Below are positions 1 through 13,899 of a stretch of 64,000 nt of DNA, piece by piece. A program made the translations under genes and the position numbers. Numbering within the stretch: the stretch's first letter is position 1; each line of letters begins with the position of its first letter. Source of the stretch: Eledone cirrhosa (Eukaryota); the NCBI GenBank assembly GCA_964016885.1, contig OZ024745.1:81840001-81904000 (forward strand). Reading direction: 5' to 3'. The notes under the pieces are model-generated. The model saw nothing but the letters and a program-made list of their open reading frames with translations, had not been told where the DNA came from and made no database searches.

Positions 1-706
1 AAATCTGTTAAACTCTTTAGACATACATAACTTAAGGACTGTGTACATATTAATATAAACATCCAGTTAATTACTTGTTTAAGTGTCTAGAGTAACAAGT
101 CTTCAATTTTGGACACTCCTCTATAAGGATCTCTATGCCTCTAAGTGGTTGGTGAATTTCATTTTCACTTGATATAAGCCTAGTTTTTCATATTTCTTAT
201 TTAGAATATCAATTCTTTGTGACCATCTTCCTTGTTAATCTTCCAAATTATTTCGGAACTATTTTCGGAACTTTGTATGATGTTATATTTGTATATATAC
301 ATATATAGTTTTTGAATATGTAATTTAAGGATAATATGCCATCAGCTGTTTAATTCAGCTCTATTTTATGCCACATAGATTTTATCTATACAGAGGGGTA
401 GGGGGGGGGGGACCTTTTTCATCCTCATCCCAGCGATGCCTATCTTTATTCTTTTACCTCCCTTATCCCCAAAGCAGCAAGTGTTGATAAAGCCTAATGG
501 TTTGACAGCTTAAAGCTGTGTGTTTCGCTGTTTGTGTGTCGCATTGTTTGTGTTGCGTTGTTTGTGTTTATTGAAAATATTTTTTATTAATACAAAAACA
601 ATTTTACTGATCAATATATGATGAAAGTGTGTAGTGTTTGTTGATACATAATTTATATGTTAATTTAGTTTTGTCACTTCTAAATCACTGGTTTCCTGCT
701 TCAAAG

Positions 707-721
707 GTGGATCATCCCTCA
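707..721 (+). CDS. Candidate 15-nt frame-preserving microexon of the MYPT1-like gene (would add ~WIIPQ)
   Basis: Pyrimidine-rich stretch and TGC before AAG acceptor (705-706), then GTGGATCATCCCTCA and a perfect GTAAGT donor at 722. Open when read in phase 2, matching the exon at 2211. No transcript evidence. Confidence 0.3.
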
Positions 722-1026
722 GTAAGTAATTGCCCCTTTCTAAAAGGTGGGGCATTTTTCTGTGTTTGAAACAAGCTGAAATTATGGAAAATTCTTGTAG
801 AAAATCAACTGTGGAAGTTTGGGTGCAACAATTAATTAATTTTCTCTATATTGTCATTATTATAATCATCATCGCATCTAATTAACCATACTAACATGGA
901 TGGATAGGTTTGCAGTGTGAAATATTGCCATTCACGTCCTGAATACCTGAGGCTGCAGGTAGCAGCTTGATGTTTGTTAGGTCAAATTTTCCGGTTAAGT
1001 AACTACAATGACTTATATATCAAAGT

Positions 1027-1059
<33 letters not shown>

Positions 1060-2210
1060 TGAAAAATTTTAAATGGCTATCATGTATATGTAACCGATTT
1101 CTCAGACTTTTACAAAGTGTTGAGAAGATAAAGTTAATATAAAGAATGATGTGCTCATGCATGGAGAGGCTTTAAAATAGGGTGAAGTCCCTTAAAGGAT
1201 TGGGAAAAAAAGTTGTCGTCAGTCGTTATGAGGACTCACTCTATATCTCTCAGATAGCGGCTAGATGCTTTATGCCATTAAGTCAAGGGACTGATAACTC
1301 TTACTGTCTTAATGGTCTAAAGCCTCTAACTATTATCTGGGAGATATGGGGTTTGATTCCTCATAGTAGCCAATAGCAACTTCCTTTTCTGTTTTTAAAG
1401 GGTCTTCGCTCTATTTTATAAGCTATTTTATAGCATCTCTGCACATGGGAACATCGTTTTTAATACTATTGAAATGGCTAGTTTAAAACTTTTAGGGGAA
1501 AGTGGCAGTCACAGACGTTAACCTGTCTGTATGCCATCCATACTATTTCACATAGTAGTAGCAGCAAAGCCAGAAAGTTTAACATTTTTATGGCTACAGA
1601 AAGCAGCTCAAAGACAAAAACTCAGCACCAACACAGAAAGCAACAATGATAATGATAACTTCAATTTGCCACTTTCTTTTCCCCCTACAACAACAGTACC
1701 AGCAACAACTCTGAAAGTAATAACAAAACCAGCACGTGCTATGGCTATAAAAGACTAATATAACAGATTATAGGATAAATCTGGTATAAAATGGCAAAAA
1801 GTGTTATGTATAAAATAGCTGCAGTCTCATAAAAAATGAGATCAATGTAACTTGAAACCCTGATCAATCTGTTGATTTTCTCTAATCCAGCTCATAAGCA
1901 CATATATATAATATATATATTTACATAGACAAAGTGAAGTGTCTACATTTCGAAATTGAAACTAGCAAATTGAGTTACCCGGTAACTTAACTGTGATTCT
2001 TGCTTCAACGGTAATGATCTTGACAATCATAATGATAACCATAGTGATAATGACAATAATAATGATAACTAAAATAATAATGATGATGATCTTTTAGGCA
2101 AGCAACAGCTTACTGAGAGCTTGCATGTGTGTATGCACCTGAATGTGTATGTTTTCCTTCCTGCACAGATTTGTTCTGTTTCAATGATTCACATATATTT
2201 ACTTCATTAG

Positions 2211-2301
2211 AACATTTGAACCTCCAAAACGAGATGAAGAAACTGAAACTCAGAGGAAAGCTCGAGCTAGGAAAGCAAGGGAAACCCGTCGTTCAACGCA
2301 G
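2211..2301 (+). CDS. PPP1R12A: MYPT1/PPP1R12-like exon encoding TFEPPKRDEETETQRKARARKARETRRSTQ (inhibitory site equivalent to human Thr696)
   Basis: ttcattAG acceptor and CAG|GTTTGT donor. The peptide matches the MYPT motif RDEESE.QRKARSR..R..RRSTQG. Confidence 0.9.
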
Positions 2302-3192
2302 GTTTGTTTTTATCAGCAGTATTAGACCCCCCCCCCCATTTTTCTCATCACATACCTGTATTCCATCTTTTATCTCTTTTGTCTTACTTTCTGTTTTAAT
2401 TCCACTTACCCCATCTCTGTTTCCTGTCAAAGCCGACAATTTCATGTCATACACCTCATTTTGCACCTATATTTTGCCCACCTTACCATCTCTTACCTAT
2501 ATTTTCCTCCTTCTGTCACTTCTCACAATTAGTCATGCCACATCTTACCCTTCATTCTCCTTTGCCATCCATTATCTTTTCTCTTGCTATGTCCTACTTA
2601 TTTTCAGTTTTTCCATCATCTTTCCTTTCTATTACTTCCTATATATTATTCCTTCATCTTTCCTTTCTATCATTTCTTATATATTCCATTTTTTTCTATT
2701 TTTCATGCCTCTTTTTTAATTGGTAGCCATTAGAACATAGGACAAAACATCTTAAAATATTTCTGTCTTTCTGTGGTATGTTCAAAATCCTTCCATGGTC
2801 ACCTTTGATTTCAGCTTTCCAAGGATTGATAAAATAAAGTATATATATATAAACATGAAGTACAAATCAACAAGTTATAATTCACTTCGTTTATTCATAA
2901 TTGCTGTTATATATATTTTGGTGATAACTGTTATGCAACAGTTATGACCTTATCAGACAGCTAGAAGTTGAACAAAAAAAAAAAAAAGAAATAAAGCTTC
3001 TATTGTTTCGATTCATTGATATGCTCCGGGCTGATATTTGGTGTTGCTATCTGAAAGCACCGGTAACATATGACTTAGAATAAACAGCCTCACAGCATCA
3101 GCAAAAGGCAACTATGTATTGGTCAGATTTAAAACCTTATAAATGTAGTTTGTTCTCGTAGGCATTACTATATTCTCTTTAATTTGCCACAG

Positions 3193-3423
3193 GGTATCTC
3201 GACAGAAGATATTGCTAAAGCAAAGGCTCTGAAGCAAACAAGTGGAACTGAAGAAAAAGAAAACAAAGAAAAAGAACAGGAATATGATAAGGACTCTGAT
3301 AAAAATGATCTTGCTAAGGACCGATTATCAAGCGAGATCAGCAAGGATACCTTACAAGACACAACGGTATCGGGAGAAGAAGTGACCTTGAGGAGTCATC
3401 GAACTTTGGAAGAACGGAGCTAT
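3193..3423 (+). CDS. PPP1R12A: MYPT1-like exon GISTEDIAKAKALKQ...RSHRTLEERSY
   Basis: ccacAG acceptor and TAT|GTAAGT donor. 231 nt, phase 0/0. Completes RRSTQ|GIS.ED, compare MYPT GVTLTDL. Confidence 0.88.
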
Positions 3424-3874
3424 GTAAGTAATACTTTCTTGTGGCATTCCTTGAATGAGAATCAATTCGTATTAATGAAGTATTGTGTCAGTTGGGATAA
3501 AATTCTTGCATCAGTTTATTTTGTTGTTGTTGTTGTTGTTGATGTCAGGTCAGCTTAGAACTTGCAGACTTGTGATCAAATATATATTGATGATGTCATG
3601 CATATAAACAAAAACAACTGCTGAAACAGAATTCAATTCTCCCACAAAACAAATACGCATATGACGTTATGTAGTCTCAAGAATTTATATAAACACACCC
3701 AGTAAACTTTGTAAAGTGGCTGGTGGTAGGAAGGACACCTAGCCATAGACAACCTGCCAAATAAAAGATTGGGTGGACGCTTCAGCTGTGTCATCATTAT
3801 CATTTTTATGCGTTTTTCCATGTTTTCATGGATTGACAGAGCCATTTTGAATTTTTTTTTTTCATGGCTATATA

Positions 3875-4298
3875 CAGTAAGTCTCTAACTTACAAACGTT
3901 CCAAGAGGCTGTTTGTTAGTTGATTTGTTTGTAAGTTGATCGTACCAGTAAGCCCATATATATTACATTGATACTGCAGGTTTCCATATTAGTGATATTC
4001 ATATATACAGTATATAGAGGTATATATAACATGTAATAATAAATTTAAATACTGTAAAGCTAGAAAAAAAAGTACTCTTTCAGTTCTGTGAATGCAGAAT
4101 GGAATCCCATACCATAGGTATGTTTTGGGGTTTTTGGCTTGTTTTTATGCTGCAAAAAAAGGAACCCAGGACCTGAAAGAGCCTGCAAAAATGCGAATTT
4201 CAAACTGAGACAAATCTTCTTTTTTTTTTGTCGTGAGACTGTTTGTCTCTGCGGAAGTTCGTTTGTAAGTAGGATGTCCGTAAGGTGGGGACTAACTG
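3875..4298. mobile_element. Tc1/mariner (pogo/Tigger-like) MITE
   Basis: Imperfect TIRs CAGTAAGTCTCTAACTTAC / GTAAGGTGGGGACTAACTG, with TA on both flanks. Confidence 0.7.
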
Positions 4299-4466
4299 TA
4301 CTCTTCCTGATATTAACCCATACATTATTTTAAATATGGTATACATCACTGACCTACATCAACTGCTACAGGTTGCATTCTTTATGAGGGTCATTAACAC
4401 ATAGTGTATTACCTACAATGTATTGTTTGACTGTATTGGGCTAATTTTTTGAAATTATTCTTTCAG

Positions 4467-4551
4467 ATCAACCAAGCACCATATCGAAGATCAAGAGACA
4501 CAGATTTTTCAACTAGCAGCACACCTAATATATATTCAATAGATTCATATC
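4467..4551 (+). CDS. PPP1R12A: MYPT1-like exon INQAPYRRSRDTDFSTSSTPNIYSIDSY
   Basis: tttcAG acceptor and C|GTAAGC donor. Phase 0/1 fits both neighbouring exons; frame is open. Confidence 0.75.
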
Positions 4552-5489
4552 GTAAGCTATTTTATTTTTCTCTCATTCTCATTATTTTAATTGCTTCACT
4601 TCACCTTTTGGTGCTTTAACTCTTAACATGCTGTAATGATTTAACAGAAAATATTTAAAAACAAAGTTTGTTAATTCAAATGTTTTTAGTCGACAGATCA
4701 TATAAAATATTTGCAGTATCAGCATTAAGACTTCAATTTTTAATATGATGCAGTCAGTGCTGTGTTGTACTTTTCAAGAATGTCTTCCAAATGTTGTTTT
4801 ATGTGGTACAGGGTTTTAAGAGTTAAAGTTCTTTCAATATGCATGTTTATATTATTATTGAAGCTAAGGTTATTTATTTATTTGTTTTGTGTTTTGGCTA
4901 AAAACATGACAAGGAAATTGCTTTTTACTGACATAGCTTAGTTTTCAGTAGTTTTTTTTTTTTGTTTTCTTTTGATTATTTTCCATTTTTCTGTTTATAC
5001 TAATGTTTTGATGTTTCTGTTATAATTCATAGTTTTACTGATGAATTAATATCGTGGTATATTCTTAGAATTATTTAATTGCAAAAAAAAATCTTTGGTT
5101 GTTCTGAAAATCTAGTTAGTTCTTAATAACAGAACTTAATATTTTCTACAATAATTTAACTGAGGATCTTTATTGGCTATCATCATCATCATGGCTATAT
5201 TCTTTCTATGTACATATTTGACAATTGCAGTTGCAAATTTTTGCCAATTGATAATTCCAAAATTAATTGTTTCTACCTTTAGATCAAGGCCAACAATTTG
5301 AAAAGGGAGGGTAAAGTCGATTAAATTCATTCCAGTGTGTTACTGGTATTTTATTTTAGTGACCCCCATAAGAATGAAAGGAAAAGTTGACTTGGTAGGA
5401 TTTGATCTCATAATTAAATGCCTCAAAGTATTTTGTTCGACACTCTACCCGATTCAGTCTGTCGGCTGTTCTTATTCCAAAATAATAAT

Positions 5490-5651
5490 TGTTTCTACTT
5501 TTGGCACAAGGCCAGCAATTACTCAGTGCATTACTGGTACTTTATTTTATCGACCCTGTAAGGATGAAAGGCAAAGTTAACCGACAGAATTTGAACTCGG
5601 ACCGTAAAGGGACGTAACTATGTTAGAAAGCATACTGCCAATTCACTGCCC
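5490..5651 (-). mobile_element. tRNA-derived SINE with a Meta-like core and an 18-bp TSD
   Basis: B-box (GTTCAAAT on minus) and CTTTCATCC..GGGTCGATAAAATAAAGTACCAG core. TTATTCCAAAATAATAAT is duplicated at 5472 and 5652. An older copy lies at ~5265-5470. Confidence 0.8.
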
Positions 5652-5844
5652 TTATTCCAAAATAATAATGATAAAAAGAATTATTTTACAAAATATCCTT
5701 TGACAGGTCTTCACTTTTATGACCAGGTACATACAAAACTTCATATTAAATGAACTTAAAAAGATACAAGAAATGCTATTTCTATACATTTTATAGTTTT
5801 ACTGGAGGAATGTTAATTTGTTTACAACTTTTAAATGAAATGCA

Positions 5845-6155
5845 GGCATAGATGTGTGGTTAAGAAGTATGCTTTATAATCACGTTTTTGGGTTCTATCC
5901 CACGGCAGTATACCTCAGACAAATGCCTTGGTTTGACCAACACCTTATGAATGAAATTGGTTGACAAAACCTGTACAGAAGCCCACTGTATATGTCGATT
6001 TGCGCAGCTTTGTGTCCCAGAAAACTATATTCCATGGTTCAGTGGTTCATTGTGAAACTCAGTACCTTGCATTGACATCAGGAAGGACATCTAGCTGTCA
6101 AATACTACTTCAAAAATGTTTGACCCAGCATGGCAAAGTGAATGTAAAACCATGA
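5845..6155 (+). mobile_element. Decayed tRNA-headed SINE with an RTE-type tail
   Basis: GTGTGGTTAAG...GGTTC head, AGGAAGGACATCTAGCTGT module and CCAGCATGG...GTAAAAC end, resembling the RTE 3' ends in this window. Confidence 0.55.
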
Positions 6156-6847
6156 AAGAAAGAAAGACAAAGAAAAAAAATATATACATGAAAATGAGAC
6201 AAAATTCAAATATGGAAAATGATCAAATATTGGAGAGGAATTTATTTCCATAGCATTAGAGCTTTCCTTGCTTAAGTAACTTTAGGAATTAGGATAGAAT
6301 AACAATATATACATACGTTATCACAACTGAATATAAGAATATTCTGTAAAGCAAATAATAGTATATTTTTTGTGTCTTTTACATGTTTATACACAGAGTT
6401 TAGAAATATGCATGACTTTCTCCTTCCCTAATTAGCAGTAAGATACAGAGTTTAACTAATTTATTTCAATATTTTCACAAGTTGCAATTGTTTGTGACAT
6501 TATAAACCTTTGGAAACTGACAAAAAGATGAGAAATCTCTATCTAATAGTGTCTTTCAAACATTTTTGTGGCATCGGTTGCTGCCAATTAAAACTTTCCT
6601 GTAGTAAATTACACACTTTATTGCATTTTAGTTAAATTCTTTCTGTTTGAAAATATTTCCTTTTTTGTGTGGTGTCAGATAAATAAGATTGTTACTTAAG
6701 TAACTGCAGTGTTAGTAGTAGTACTAACCACATCGAAGATATTGACCAAGGATTACCTCTGGCTATGCTCTCCTTCCATACATTGTGTGCCATTTATATA
6801 TTTTAAGGTGTAGCAACTCACAGTGAATGTCTTTTTTTCCTTTCCAG

Positions 6848-7021
6848 CTCATGGTCAGCATAACCAAAGAAACGTTCTAAGTGTATCTGATATTAGTAAC
6901 ACAGGAAATTCTACTTCTGTTGGTTTTAACAGAACACCTTCGCTTCGAAACCGATTTCGAAATGAAGACTCTGAGAAGAAGAAAGAAGAAGAAACAAAAG
7001 ACCCAAGTAAAGATTCGAAAG
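6848..7021 (+). CDS. PPP1R12A: MYPT1-like exon (P)HGQHNQRNVLSVSD...RTPSLRNRFRNEDSEKKKEEETKDPSKDSK
   Basis: Strong polypyrimidine tract with ccAG acceptor, phase 1/1. Donor G|GTGCAG at 7022 is weak; an alternative in-phase donor A|GTAAAG lies at 7007. Confidence 0.75.
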
Positions 7022-9669
7022 GTGCAGCCTAATTTCCTTTCAAATACTTTATACTTTTTCGTGAGTCCAGTTGAAAAGAAACTGTTTTAATACAAGTGCA
7101 ATGTGTAGTAACTTACTGATTGAAGTAAAAATTTAGCAATCTCTCTCTGAACTTTGCTCTTTCCTGAAGAAGAACTAATGCCTGATACTTGAGACATCTA
7201 TTTCTTTATTTCTTTATCTTCATTTCCAAGCGTGAAACTAAGATTTTGTGTTTTTGCATCTCTGTCTTGTTTATTCTTGAACTAATATACATGTATATTT
7301 GTATCTACATACATGTGTGTGTCACATAAAATAGGGTTATGTTAACTATGAGTACTAAGTTATGGGACAGTTTGCATATGTTACCTGATGTATATAAGAT
7401 AGAAAGATACAGGTTGCATGTAATATTAAAGAGCATTAGTTAAATCAGACAACTTCAATTTTTATGTGGTATTAGTTAGTGGTTGTTAATTTGACAGGTA
7501 CACCACTGCTTATAGTTCAAATTTTCTACTCTTTAAAAGCATATCCTCATTTTTACATCCATTTTCATGTGTTTATGTGAGTTGGATAGATTTTCTCTTG
7601 TGAAGTGTCTTGCTATTTGTTAGAGCTGTTTGTCATCTCCATCTTGTTTAATCTCTAGAGATCAATTTTTACCACTTCTTCTTGTGTCTTCCTTGGTCTT
7701 CTCATTTTGCAGGTTTTTTTCAACTTGGATTGTTTGGCATTTCTTAAACCTAACAGTCAATCTCTATATGCATCATGTCTTTATCAGTGCTGCAGTCTTT
7801 TCTGTTGCACACAGCATATCTCTGTGTTACATATACTTCACATCTAACTTCTCTTTCAGCTTTTTGATATTCTTCCTTGGTTTGCCATTCTTTCAACCTT
7901 TCTAAACTTGTCTTCTAGATTTTATTGCTTTTATCATTCCACCACCTTGATCCCTTTCATCTAACCAGTATTTCACTTCATCTACTGAACTTATCTGTGG
8001 TTTGTCATTTAAAATTCTACTCTGTTATAAATCTGTCTTCTCATCTTTCTTTTATACACCACACATCATTTATGAAAAGTTTTAAAGTTTACCTTGTTAT
8101 ATCATTTCAATATATACTGTACTCTAGGCTTACAGTTCTATACTCATCTCTACAGTTCTTTAGTAGTATTTTTTGTCACTAGTGTCCTCCCCAAAACACC
8201 TTTTTTTTCACTTTATCTTAATATTGTTTTTGCTGAGAAGGTCACCATTAAGTTGTAGTACATCAAATTTCTTGCTTCAATTCTTACTTAAATATTTTTT
8301 TTCATTTTCATACTGTTAATAACACAGAACGGGACTCTTGTACCCTGTCATCAGTACACTTTTTGGTCCAGCTTGAAATATTTAGTTCACAAATTGTCTC
8401 CACTTACTGTATATACTATGAACAGTGTAACTGGTTATAAGTGCTTTATTTGGCGTGTTGTGCTAATTTCAAACTCTCCTCTGAGTGTTGTTTATGAAGG
8501 AATGGATTCTGCAAGATTGATTTATCTAAGATAAACTACATGAAGAAAAGAAAGTCGAGTTGTGACCCAGTAAATCATTAATGATATTTATATGATGCTG
8601 GAATTAAACTCATAAAGCAGTGAAATACAAAGTTTGGCAGTGTTAAGTTAGGCAAAAATATCATCAATACATTAATTTATAATAAAAGCTTTGAACATGA
8701 ACCAAAAGTTCAATTCTAATTATGGAAAAAAAAAAAAAAAATGCATTTCTTAATATAGAAATCTTGTAAATGAAAGTTGGTTAGTTTCTTTTTTTCTATT
8801 TAAAAACAAATAAAAAAAATGAAGAAAGAAAAAGGAGCCAGTTGTCAGTTTTGACCAAGGAAACAATGTTTCCATTGGTCTTTCTATTTCTGATACTATC
8901 TGACAATCACCACTCCATGAAGAAATTTAAAAGCTTCTCCATATTTGTGCTCATTGTTAATTTTTATATGACTACTAGCATTATATATAACTGTGATATT
9001 ATAGCCTTATCATGGTTAGCCATGTCTTGGTGGCCTCATTTCTTGCTACAAGAAAGCTGGTAATAGGCAGAATTTGAACTGAGAACTTAAAGAACCAGAG
9101 CTAATAATGCAAGGCATCTCATCTGACATTCCAACAATTCTACTAATCTAATTTTTCGGATTCATACTCTATTTATCAGCCCCAAATTTGAACTCGGAGT
9201 GCAGAAAGCCAGGGGAAAAAAAACAAAAAAAATAAACACTGCAAGGTCTTCTGTCTGACACTCTAATGACTCTTATTGATAGTAATTTGTATATACTATC
9301 ATATTTGTATATTGATATTTTAATGTATTCTCTGTGTGCTATGTAACTTTGTTATTCATGTTTGATGATCTGTTATAGAGTAATAGCTTATTTTTACATT
9401 ATTTGATTTGTTATTTCAGTTGTTTGCATGAGCTGGATGATATTTCTCCTCTTTTTTTTCCACAAATGTTGTTGCAAGGCTTGGCAAAATATTGCATTTC
9501 TTTCTCTTTTGTTTCCTTTTTAAATGTTTTATTTGCTTTTTAATCTTTTTACTATGTACAGGACTTATTTCACAACTTTTAATTGTCATGTGATGACCAA
9601 GCTTCAACATATTTTATCTTTGTGATTCATCATTATTGTTATTTTACATGCTGGCATGGGTTGATTCCT

Positions 9670-10010
9670 CATCATTACCATCATTTAACATCCATTTTTC
9701 CATGTTTGCATGGGTTAAATGGGTTGTCACATTATAAGACATCTTAGATCCATAGGCCATGTCATGCTCATATGGATCTGTATTTTGGCTTGAATGCCTT
9801 TCCTAACACCAACCATGTTACAGCATGGATTGGGTGCTTTTTATCATGGCACAGAAATGACCACCTTACAGGGTAAATTGGATGTTTTTGTCGTGTAACC
9901 AATGCAACCACCTTACAGGGTGGACTGTGTGCTTTTCGTTGTGTCACTAGCATAACCGTTTTACAGTGTGGACTGGGTGCTTTTCCTTGTGTCACCAACA
10001 TGACCACCTA
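9670..10010 (-). mobile_element. Old RTE 3'-UTR copy (CpG-decayed)
   Basis: TTTAACATCC..TTCCATG..TGCATGGGTT end, CCTAACACCAACC, and tandem TTACAG..TGGA.TGGGTGCTTTT subunits homologous to 47090-47330. Confidence 0.65.
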
Positions 10011-11085
10011 TGTTCTAAATAACTAATCAATACTTAGATACTCAAGTCTCTAAATTACAGTCTTTGATGGTTAAACAGTCATTTATTATGAACAATAACA
10101 ATTTAAAGCCACCTTCCTTGCTAAAGCAGAGGTTAGCCATATAGGTCACATGAGTCATATCTATTTTACCCTATTCTACATTCACCCCTCACCAACATTC
10201 TTGTCTTCATTTCCTCTTCCATCATCTTTAGCCATGTTTTTCTTGATCTTCCTCCTTCTATATTCCTCCTATCCACCACTCTTCTTTCCCACTCATTTTC
10301 ATCCTTCCTCAATATGAGACCCATTCATCTTGTCATGTCCTAACTGCAAAACATCCATCACTGGCTCTATTCTTATCCTCTAATGCAATTTACTGCTTGC
10401 CCCCTAGCATGCTCTCTATATTGCCATCCTGTTTAATTTTTCACATTCAACATTGTCACCATATATCTCTATCTGGATTTACAATTTATCCCATTTCACC
10501 CTTCAAGCAGCTCACTCTTCTTTGTAATCTTAAACACCTTGGTTCTCCAACTATTCTCCTGTTTCATGTGTCTTTACAGCTTGTTACCCCCATCCCTCAC
10601 CCTTTGCCATTTTCTGAACCTCTTTTGTTACCCCATCCCTCAACTTCTGTCATTCTTTGAATCACTTCTGTTACCTCGTCCCTCACCAGTCTCTGAACCT
10701 GTTTTCCTACCATATCCCCCTCAAGTGTATCAAGCTATTTGAATCAGTTAGTTTAATAAATACTTGTAAAAACAACTGACCTTTGGCTTCAGTGCTCTAT
10801 TACCCCCCCCCCCCCCCCTCTCAAATTTTATACACATTTTCCATCTTGTTGCATGGTTAGTCACTGTCTTCTGTTCTCTGATCTACACTAATTGTATCTC
10901 TCCAGTTCTTGTTTGGCTTTCCTATGCTATCTCTGATGGTACTATTTGTTATATATTCTGTATGTGAAAATATAATACAATGTACTTTTCATTCGGGTTT
11001 AAAATTAACATGATGGGAATCAATGATATTTATGCATATTCTATTTTATTAAATTTTTTTTTTTTTTTTTCATTCACTCCTGAAG

Positions 11086-11189
11086 CCGAAAAAGAAAAAG
11101 ATTCAGAAAGAAGGGAATCGTCCGCCTTGAAAGCCCGTAGAGCCAAGCGGGAAAGAAGATCAACAGGAGTTATTACCTACAATCTAAAG
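11086..11189 (+). CDS. PPP1R12A: MYPT1-like exon EKEKDSERRESSALKARRAKRERRSTGVITYNLK (site equivalent to human Thr853)
   Basis: Long T tract then gaAG acceptor; AAG|GTATAT donor. Encodes the RRSTGV motif. Phase 1/0. Confidence 0.85.
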
Positions 11190-11848
11190 GTATATATCTA
11201 TATATGTACATGTGTGTGTGTGTTACTGAGGAAGTTGCATAACATTTCTTGGTTCACACCAGTTAACTGAATTGGCATTTACCATTTTTATGGCTAATAT
11301 TTTCCTAAAACTTAGTCATTTGTTGCTCAGGTATATATATGTAGGTGTGTATATACAGATATATGGGTTTCTAAATAAAATTGGAAACAGAAAATTTATC
11401 CCCTTACATTTAGTACTAATTCACATATCCCACTTGCTATCATATGTGTATTTATTTTGATGAAGATAAATGAAAATAAAAACCAACATATCAGTTGTAT
11501 TGCATATTAGCATTATAACTGATGGAAATCCCCAAAAAGTCCCTGATGTAAGACACTTGAGGTAAGGAAATAAAATAAAAGATTCATAGTTATTAGTTTT
11601 TAGTGAGTTGGTGATTTTACTGCTAAATTGAGCTAACAATGGTTACGACGACACAAGTAAACAAATATTTTCTATTGGTAACCAGTACTGAACAGTGCTA
11701 ATGCTCACTTCTGAATTCACATTTTCTCATGTGTGTTGCCTAGTGATATATCTTTGAACTGAAAAATATTTCTCAAGTATAACACATTAAACTGAAGCCT
11801 TACTCTGTTGCTTCTTTTTGATTCCATTTTATTTTGTTTTGTTTTCAG

Positions 11849-11905
11849 AGCGAAGAGGAGTCCAATTGTGTACCAAAAGAAGAGAATGAGAGTGACGACA
11901 GCACA
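11849..11905 (+). CDS. PPP1R12A: MYPT1-like acidic exon SEEESNCVPKEENESDDST
   Basis: ttttcAG acceptor and ACA|GTAAGT donor. 57 nt, phase 0/0. An acidic stretch follows the RRSTG motif, as in MYPT1. Confidence 0.75.
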
Positions 11906-13899
11906 GTAAGTCTTGTTGCTATTTCAATTCATTATTATCACTGTAGTGAAATAACATTTGACATATCTTTGTGTGTGTGATATTTCAATTTTTTTTTTCT
12001 AAACTGAACTCTGGAAAATGTTTTTCTTTCAATGATTGGGGTATATGAGTGAGACATGGTCTTCTGACCCATTTGGAAGAGCTGTAACTCCAAATAATAA
12101 TCGACTGGGATTTGACAGCCTGTCTGACCCATACCAGCATAGAAAGTGGACACAAAATAATTCTAATTTTCATTGTTGAAATAGAAGATATGACAATTTT
12201 TTACATTCATCAGTGATCGAAGTATGATTAGATTAATAAGAATAAACACATCAATGTTAAAATCATTTGCTTATAATTAGTTTATTGGCAATGGTTATTT
12301 TTATAAAATAACTGAAAGGGAAGGTTTTACATATCTTACTTTGAATCAATTTGTTAATTTCCCTTTGAATTTGTGAGATTTAGGAGATGACAGCTATGCA
12401 GAAACTCTGTGTTGTGAAAAGAGATATTAAATTATATATATATGCGCGCGCACACACACATATGGCATTAGGAAGTGCATCCAACCATAGAACCAAAACA
12501 AAGCATATGAGCAGGACCTATTTACCTGACAGCCATCTAACCCATGCAGGCATGGAAAATAGATGTTAAACTGTGATGATGATACATACAGGCACACACA
12601 CACATACATATAACAGGTACTAGTGTAACTTATGGGATGTGAGCACTCAGTATTGGTATGGTAGATGTTATGGAGTGTAATTAACTGTTAGGATACAAAT
12701 TAGAGACAAATTGTTTCATGATTTATGTCATAGTTACATAAGTATTCAGGTTACCCAGAATCACAAAGTATCTTCCATTATGGAAATTTTGAGAGAGAAT
12801 GGAGTAATCTGTGTACGTCAGTGAAGTAGAGCAAGAGAGATAACCCCAATATTTTTTTTCCAACGATTTATCTCCCTTCGCTTTATAAAGGTGTGGCCAG
12901 TTTGAACAATAAAAATAGAAAAGAATGGTGCAAGAAAGGGAGAATGAAATTTGGAGAGAAAAGTAAACAGACAAAAACAAAACAACAAAAAAAAATAGCA
13001 AAGACATTAACATATATATGGATGGAAAAACAGACAGATGGATGGTTAGATTGATAGGTAGCTAGACAGATATATATATATATATATATAGATATATAAA
13101 GTGAAACTGGAAGAAAAGATAGCGACAATTATCATCATTATTTAACATCCACAGGCCTGTGACGTAAGGAGTAGATGGAGGTTAAGTTGTTGTATACACT
13201 CCTATATTTACATTGTGCAGGTATCAAAGTGTTGTTTGTCTGTGCTGTACATTTAGGCTTCCACCAATCAAAGAAATAAGGTAGACATTTGTTTGTCTGA
13301 TATATTTCCACATTAGATTTCTCACCAGTTTCACATATTACAGATTTTGCTGCTTCCTGTATTATCTAAATTTTCATTGGATTTTCCATTTTACACTAAG
13401 ATGTTGCTTTCAAAGTCCAGATATAGTTGGAGAGCTGAGTAAACATGTACCACTTTTCTGTGATCTGAAGTTAGACAGCTGATAGTAATAGCACATCTTA
13501 AATTTTCTTTTTGTCATTCCTTCCTTTAGCATTTACATTTCTAGCCAGATACGGCTGGTTTAAATGCTAAAGGGTTAAACAAACTGCTAGATTGTATTGG
13601 TTTTGTTGGGGTTTAAATGCCTGACTTCTTTTGATATAAGGATCTATTCAGAAAGCAAGCATTGGTTTTCCTGCAAATACAGCCTTCTTCAGATGTTGTG
13701 TTGGAGTTGCAACAGTAACTCAACAAAAGGATTATATTATTATTTCTACGTCAATTTTTCCATGCTGACATGGGTTGGATGGTATGCTTTGAAACATTTT
13801 CCAGCCGGATACCCTTCAAGACACCGGCCCTTTCAATCACCTCTTACCACATGCAGGGATATGGTTACCTATTCTAAAAACTAGCATACATACTTTATG

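Noticed and set aside
2129-2719. 196-aa hydrophobic ORF
   Set aside because: It overlaps the real exon in the wrong frame and continues through CT-rich intron.
6689-6808. Possible extra exon upstream of 6848
   Set aside because: I found no acceptor/donor pair giving the required phase 1/1 open frame.
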